Positions 57,137 to 64,000 of a stretch of 64,000 nucleotides of DNA are shown one piece after another (the first letter of the stretch is position 1; every line of letters starts with the position of its first letter). The DNA is from Monocercomonoides exilis PA203 (Eukaryota; Protista; Preaxostyla): the NCBI GenBank assembly GCA_001643675.2, contig LSRY02000034.1, positions 806,001 through 870,000 on the forward strand, read 5' to 3'. Both the position numbers and the translations under genes were made by a program. The notes beneath the pieces were generated by a model. That model made no database searches, was not told the origin of the DNA, and worked only from the letters and a program-made list of their open reading frames with translations.

Positions 57137-59822
57137 CTATATCCTCCCTTTGTGTCCTCTTCCTCCTTCATTTGGCTCTTGCATCCCCAAAGGAGGCAAA
57201 CGAACTGCACTTCCTTGCTTGTTCATTGCTCCAGTTTGAATTAGCCCTTGAGTTCCCTGAATTCCCTGTGATTGCATAGACCCCTGTTGTGCTATTCCCT
57301 GCTGAGAATACAATGGAACTGAAACTGAACCAGAACCAGAAGAAGAGCCAGAAGACGGATTCAACAAAGGAGGAAGAGACACATTCACTCCGCTCACTTC
57401 TTCTGCATCAGTCATCCTCCTTCCATCAGCACTGCTGCTTCGCGACTCTCTCAGCGGCCCCAAATTCCCTTTGTTCTTTCTTGTTATTCCTTTCATGGCA
57501 GACGTCGTTGGGGTGAGGTTGTACATCCCAAACGCCTCTCTCTCCTTCTCCTTCTTCAAAATCCTTATCTTCAGCTCCTCTTTTTCATATGCTGCTCCCT
57601 CCAGCGCCTGCTTCGTGACCTCATTAAGCGGAATGCTGCTGGCCATTTTTCGCAATTGCAGCGTTGACGCAGAAGCTGCTGAAAGCGGATCAACAGGCAA
57701 CTTCGCCAGCGCCAATAGAAATTTGTTATCTTCATTTCTCGCTTTTTCCAAGACAGGGCGGAACTGCTCAAGTCGTGTGGCTGTCTGAATGCCCCGGGAT
57801 TTCGTCATGCGCTCAATGACGCTCACTCTCGGTGGGTGCTTGCGGATGCTTGGTTGATGCGGGGCAATTGCCAGTGAGGAGGAAGAGGAAGACTGAGAAG
57901 GCACAGGATACGAAGAAGAAGGAAGCCATTTGATTTTTCCCAGTTGAGAGTGCTGCGTGGAGAGTGAGGCGACGGTGGAGTGATCATCAATGCTGCCTGA
58001 GTTAAAGTTGGATGCAACAACAGAAGAAGAAGAAGAGGAAGAAGTACCATTCACAGAAGATGAACGACGGGCTGAAGGGAAACGATGATAAGAAAAGATT
58101 TGATTAACTTCTGAACTTGCACCAACACCATTGATGGAAGAAGACGATGAAGAATTCTGATTCGCAATTGAAGAATTCGAGATGAAGGAAGTGAAGATCG
58201 CTTTTCTAATGTTGCACTGAAGTGAAGTATCCACAACCTGAGCAGCTATCGGTGCATGCAGCTCCACAACACACACACATCTCTCTCCTTCTGCAATCTC
58301 TCCTCTGATCGGCCGAATCGTCACAACCTGCGACTTGATCAGCGGATGGCTCTCTTCCCAGTCAAACAGGATGCCTCTCTTCTCTCCTTTCTCATACGCC
58401 CTCTTTTGCAGTGCAGGGTGTCTCCTCACACGCGGACACACCAGACACACCAGCCTCCGCTCGATGCTCCCACCCGCCACGCTCCCAAAGCCAACTCGCT
58501 CATGTGACAATAAGCACAGCTGGCCAGGAAGCGGAGAAAGAGGAGCTGGAATTGTTGTCTTTTTCTCATTCGCAAGCGGCGCTGCTCCTTCCTTCACGAT
58601 GAAACCGTCTCCTGCCAGCAGCGCTTGCAGAACTGTTTCCATGTGAGTGATGCCTTCAGTTCCATCACTTCCTCCTACTCCTGCTCCTTGTGCTCCACCA
58701 ACACCCATTCCTATTCCATTATTGGATGATGGTGAATGATTCGTTCCATTCACATTCCCATCTCCTCCCCCTGCTCCTCCTCCAACATTTGCATTCATCA
58801 CACTCATCGAACTGTATCTGCTTCCCAGCTTGATCGGAATCCTCACCAAATATCCTCTTTGCATCAGTGGACGGAAGCGCCAGTATATCGTCTGCTTTCC
58901 ATGCGCTGGCACAATCCCTCTCGTGACAGGGCACTCAAACAGAGGGAAATCCGATGCTGAAGCATTCAGCCGCTCCACATCGGTCAGGTCGAGTCTGTAG
59001 TCGATGCTCGTCCCGCCTTCGTTCCGCAGCACGATCGACTGCATTGGTGCATCCACCTCGCCGATGGGCACCTGCTCCAGAAAGTGCATCGCCGTCGTCT
59101 CTGCGCCTCGTCCGCTCTCAAACACAACATGCGCATCAGTTGGACTCAGCGTCTGGCACGCAATCTCCAAAACGACTTGCTTCCCTCCACCCAGCAGCTG
59201 CCAGATGAACGATGCCTGGTGCATTCCCTCGCTGTGGTGGTTGCACGAAAATCTCACTACGCATTCTTCTCCTGTCTCAAGATGTCCCTCACGCGGCTCA
59301 ATCGAAATGGAACTCGTTCCAACTCCGTTAGCCTCCTGGTTTTCCACCACTTCCGTCTCCTCCATTGTTATCATCATTTCTTCCTCCTTCTCCTCCACTT
59401 GCACCTCCGCCTCTATTTTCACCCAAACCCATCCCTCCCATCTGATGCATCATCCCCTTCCTCAGATCTCTTTCCTCCACCCAATGATCAGCCCTCACAT
59501 CAAAATCTGACGGATCGCGTATTCGCCAATCAAGTGGAAGTTTCCCATTGTTCTGCACACACACAAATACCTCTGTATCCTTGCTTCCCAGCGGAGCAGC
59601 ACCGAAATAGAAGGGAAGATGCAGCAGATTCTGCAAGAAGCACATGTCAGCATCTGTGTAGAGCAGGCCATCATAGAGGTTGAATGTCTCGTCGGCTGGT
59701 GTAAGCTCGTGAGCAAAAGAGTGATTCAGTTGGTTCAAAGACAGCTCTTTCCACAAAATCGCCTTCTCCGTATTTTGGCGGTGCACATCCACAACAGCCG
59801 CAGAGAGATGGGCTTCAATCAT
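57137..59822 (-). pseudogene. CFAP65 (CCDC108)-like C-terminal gene fragment, frameshifted near 59400 and apparently 5'-truncated
   Basis: LWKELSLNQLN..LT, FGAAPLGS..V.VQNNGKLP, IEPREGHL..GE, GGKQVVL..CQTL, LRNEG, WRFRPL match my recollection of the tandem Ig/ASH-like domains of CFAP65. No upstream exons found. Confidence 0.55.
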
Positions 59823-61049
59823 AATCTGAGCAAACTATTTAATAAGTGTGGAAATTGTTATGCGCTGGACAAAAATGCAATCTGATCCAGAAATGTTGCC
59901 TTTGTGAAATTATGTTGCGATGTGGTTGAATATTTTCATCAGGTTTAACTTATGAATGCATTGAAGACAAAGAAAGCAGCAATTTCATTTTTTATTTTTT
60001 GGAATGAAAGAAGAAGAAGAGGAGAAGGAAAAAGAAGCAGATTATTCTGAAATAAAAGTACAATGTTGCAAGAAGTGTTTTTCATGTCAAGTGGCAAACG
60101 GAGAAGCCGATGGGAATTCCAAATACAAAAGTGAAACAACCAAATTCTTCAATTTTTGAGCTGATAGAAACAATCTCTCCTTCTGTTTTCTCGCCAAATG
60201 TGTAGATTTATCAAAATTCAAATTCCTATCTGCTCAACTCTTTCAAAGTCGTCGCTTCGAACAAAAGAAAATACAAGTCATAATCTTTCTTCGGTGACTT
60301 CTTCATTCATTCTCCAACCTTCATTCTCAACCAGTTTGGTGAAATCAAAGAGCTTCGAGCATCAATTTTCGAGCAGCTCTTCAATATTAACGCAGCTTCC
60401 ATCATCTTCAAATTAGACTTCTCACGTCTTTGAACTTCAGCCACCTTTCAGCCATTGATACTGCTTCATTCATGGAATGATCTTCCAATGTTCAAAGAAC
60501 ACATATCTGTTTGTGGTCTGATATATAGGATATTCGTTCTTCTGCTGTTTTATCATCCTATGGAAATGCCTTCTGACAAATGAGGAATGAAGTGAAAGAT
60601 AATTGTGGAAACTGTCATTGAATTGATGAAGATTTCGAATTTAGAACGTTAAGATGCGAAATTGGCTACTCACAAAACATGGATTGATGTTTCTGATAAG
60701 AAAGCTCAAAGAGCAGGAAGTAATTTCACAGAAAAATCAAATTTCAAGCCAAATTCTTCGTTTTGTTCGTCTTTCTCTTCATAACAATCATTTTCATCTT
60801 CTCTTTCTTTGCAAACACGATTTCAATTTAACTAAAAACAAGCTTGCTGAATAAGTTTTATGACTGAGCGATCAACAGATGTTTTACGATCTGTAACTTA
60901 TGAGAATAAAATCATGAAAATACATGGAGTGAGAAGCAAAAGGAATTCTTTTTGAATGTTAACTATCGATAAACGATTTGAGAAGAACCATCAAGCTAGC
61001 TATCAACGAGGCTTCAACGTGAAGATTACTCAACCACTTTTGGTTCCAT

Positions 61050-61763
61050 CCATCTATTCCAGCAATCTTCTATCTTTTCATCATTTTCCTGTTATTTTGA
61101 TGGGATATGTGACCTAAGACACAGTGCATAATTTCAACCGAAAACACAACCGACTCCTTCGTTACCCCCCATCTTCTTGTTCATCTGCAGCTCAGGCGCC
61201 TTCCACCTCATGCATTCTTTTTTGTAATAATCATCGTCTTCAAAAGCCGATGAGGTAAGGGAGTCATTTTCATCATCATCACTTGCATATGTCACAACAG
61301 TTGATGATGAGATGGATGATGAATCAGAGTCATCTGATAAAAGGTCTGAGTGCATGACAATGCAGATCACCGTATGTTCTGAGAATAGCACAATATGAGG
61401 ACTCAGATTGGAAAGTGACTGAAGCTTGTTCTCCATTTCATCAAATGAGTGGAGAGCTCCATTTGCCACCGAGAACAGGATCTGAACATCAGTGATCTTC
61501 CTTTCTTTTAGAGAGTCTATCGCCATCTCCTTCTTCTCGTTCCTTCCATGAAGCAGCATGAACAACGAATCACTCAGATCCGCAATCAGCTTCTCATGTG
61601 GCGAAGAACAGGCCGTTGCAGCCAACAAGTAAGACATCGATGAAATTGTTGGACGCAGACTCTCAGATTGAACAAATGTTAATTCTGTTTTTGCTGTTGA
61701 AGTTGATGAGATGGATGGTAATCTCTTCCTTATCTCTTCTTTCTCATCAACCTTCTTTAACAC
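61050..61763 (-). pseudogene. Degenerate protein-kinase C-terminal fragment of an expanded family
   Basis: LSNLSPHIVLF (catalytic-loop equivalent) and MRWKAPEL; frameshift right after KKMG; no N-terminal region. Confidence 0.6.
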
Positions 61764-62310
61764 TCAAAATTACAGTTTGAAAAAGATTGTTAATCATTAT
61801 TAATTCTCAACCTATCATCTCGCTTCTTGCCTTTCTTCCGATTTCTTGAATGATTTTTTGAAAGAAAGAAAAAATCGATTTTACGATATCAGTTAATATT
61901 GTGAAATGGAAATGAATGGAAATGATTGAAAAAAATATTATTTCATCTGAATCAATCAACTTGTGCATGTGGATATTCCAATGAAAAAGAAAATCAACAT
62001 ATTTGATGAATCTGAGAAAATAAAAATTCAAGAAGTGAAATGATTCACACATCTTGACAGAAGATATCAAAGCAATGAGAAGGCAACAGAAGATATTCAA
62101 AAAAGAATGTTTTTTTTTTGAAGCATGTCCGAATGTCCATCGAAAGAGAGAAAATCAATTCAAAAAAGAAATAAAGAACATTCCAATATCAAACATTTCA
62201 TCTCATGAATGACAAAGGTATTTCTTCATACATACAGTGAAATATTGATTTGTTGAAGTTCAGATAACGAATTTCATTTCCAAAGAGACACTCTTTCGCA
62301 ATTATGATGA

Positions 62311-64000
62311 TTAATTTGTCTTCATCCATTCTGGTGGGTCAATTATTAAATTGTTTTTCCAATAATCAACCATTGTGTCTCCGTCCTTATCGCGAACCGT
62401 GATGCCATGTCTCATCCATTCAGGAGGTTCAGTTTTGACATTTGCAATCCAGAACATGGCCATTGTACTTCCAAATTTATTACAAATGGTAATTCCGTGT
62501 TTCATCCATTCTGGTGGTTCTGTCTTCACGTTTGCGATCCAGTACATGGCCATTGTCTGCCCATCATTGTCACGGACCATGATACCATGTCTCATCCACT
62601 CTGGTGGCTCTGTTCTTACATATTTAATCCATATTGTAGCCATTGTTCTTCCATTGTTTTCAGCAAGTGTAATTCCGTGTCTCATCCATTTGGGCGGATC
62701 TGTTTTTACAAATTGAATCCAGTACATCGCCATTGTTCGTCCCCTGCTATCAGTATGAGTTATTCCGTGTCTCATCCATTCAGGAGGTTCAGTTTTGATA
62801 TTTGCAATCCATAACATTGCCATTGTTCTTCCATATGTATTACAAATAGTAATTCCGTGTCTCATCCATTCTGGCGGCTCTGCATTTACACTTACAATCC
62901 ACAACATAGCCATTGTATTTCCATATTTATCTGCAAGAGTAATTCCATGTCTCATCCACTCTGGTGGTTCTGTTTTCATAAATATAATCCAGTACATGGC
63001 CATTGTCCATTTATCATAATCATCTGGAAGTGTATTTTCATGTCTCATCCATTCAGGAGGTTCAGTTTTGATATTTGCAATCCATAACATTGCCGTTGTT
63101 CTTCCATATTCATCAGCAAGTGTAATTCCGTGTTTCATCCATTCTGGTGGTTCTGTCTCCACATTTGAAATCCATATCATGGCCATTGTATTTCCATCTT
63201 TATCTGCAAGAGTGATATTGTGTCTCATCCATTCAGGAGGTTCTGTCTTCACGTTTGCAATCCAGTTCATGGCCATTGTGCATCCACTTTCATCAGTAAG
63301 AGTGATTCCGTGTCTCATCCATTCTGGCGGATCTGTCTTCACGTGATAAATCCATATCATTGCCATTGTTTCCCCATTCTTATTTGCAAGAGTTATTCCA
63401 TGCCTCATCCATTCAGGAGGCTCTATCTTGACTTCCCTTATCCATATCATTGCCATTGTCCATCCGTCGTTATCAGCCAGAGTAATTCCATGTCTCATGG
63501 ATTCTTGCGGTTCAGTTTTGGTGTTTATGATATGTTGCATTGCCTCTGTTCTTCCATCATCATCACGAAGTGTGTTATCATGAGTTGTCCCATTCTCAGT
63601 GTATGGATTTTTAACAGGTGTTAAACTTCTGGCTTCATTTTTTTCGCATTCATCGCTTTTTGATTCATCACATTTCTTTCCTTCTGATGACTCTTCTTTC
63701 ATTTCTTTCATTGAACTTGTCTCTGTTATTGACTCATGTCCGCTGCTCAATGAGAAGTCAGACGTCATCCATGTTGGTGGCTCAGTTTTGACGTTCTCTA
63801 TCCACAATGTTTCTATTGATTTTCCGTTGTTATCTTTGAGTGAAATATCATGTCGCATCCATTTTGGTGGTGCTGTTTTAACATTTGCAATCCACTTCAT
63901 AGCCATGGTTTGTCCGTTTTTGTTTCCAAGTGTAATTTCGTGTCGCATCCATGTTGGCGGATCTGTTCGAACAAATATGATCCACAACATTGCCATTGTC
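62311..64000 (-). CDS. Tandem 30-aa (90-bp) repeat protein, ankyrin-like; 5' end lies outside the window
   Basis: At least 17 units of consensus HGITLxDxxGxTMAMxWIxxVKTEPPEWMR in two blocks separated by an acidic linker; open frame to TAA at 62311. Confidence 0.85.
   Translation of the reverse strand, partial: TMAMLWIIFVRTDPPTWMRHEITLGNKNGQTMAMKWIANVKTAPPKWMRHDISLKDNNGKSIETLWIENVKTEPPTWMTSDFSLSSGHESITETSSMKEMKEESSEGKKCDESKSDECEKNEARSLTPVKNPYTENGTTHDNTLRDDDGRTEAMQHIINTKTEPQESMRHGITLADNDGWTMAMIWIREVKIEPPEWMRHGITLANKNGETMAMIWIYHVKTDPPEWMRHGITLTDESGCTMAMNWIANVKTEPPEWMRHNITLADKDGNTMAMIWISNVETEPPEWMKHGITLADEYGRTTAMLWIANIKTEPPEWMRHENTLPDDYDKWTMAMYWIIFMKTEPPEWMRHGITLADKYGNTMAMLWIVSVNAEPPEWMRHGITICNTYGRTMAMLWIANIKTEPPEWMRHGITHTDSRGRTMAMYWIQFVKTDPPKWMRHGITLAENNGRTMATIWIKYVRTEPPEWMRHGIMVRDNDGQTMAMYWIANVKTEPPEWMKHGITICNKFGSTMAMFWIANVKTEPPEWMRHGITVRDKDGDTMVDYWKNNLIIDPPEWMKTN

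Noticed and set aside
62375-63624. Repetitive plus-strand ORFs (SHPF.. and PCLIHSGGS..)
   Set aside because: Antisense shadows of the 90-bp repeat gene, broken by stops.

Overview
AT-rich eukaryotic genomic DNA with short GT-AG introns (46-90 nt), poly-Ser/poly-Glu-inflated proteins and the standard code. The style and gene families suggest the oxymonad Monocercomonoides (inference, not verified). Layout: (1) 1-4.7 kb, a decayed gene plus a cluster of DNA transposons: a Merlin-like MITE with 8-bp TSD, a palindromic MITE, and a Tc1-type element nested in a second Tc1-type MITE. (2) 5.3-29.9 kb, a compact core block: a 4-exon pseudokinase/ASH-like gene whose 5' exons the ORF track misses, a 5466-aa single-exon Scc2/NIPBL homologue with a PHD finger, PRMT1, and a small unannotated spliced gene head-to-head with PRMT1. 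(3) 30-51 kb, four paralogues of one lineage-specific gene family, MITEs and a (GAAAA)n tract. One paralogue carries in its intron a complete, apparently intact DIRS1-type tyrosine-recombinase retrotransposon (gag, RT-RNaseH-MTase, YR, ITRs and ICR) with non-canonical catalytic motifs. (4) 51-62 kb, gene fragments and pseudogenes (CFAP65-like, kinase). (5) 62.3-64 kb, a 5'-truncated gene for a very regular 30-aa ankyrin-like repeat protein with hypervariable positions. All homology calls come from motif recognition only; no searches were run.
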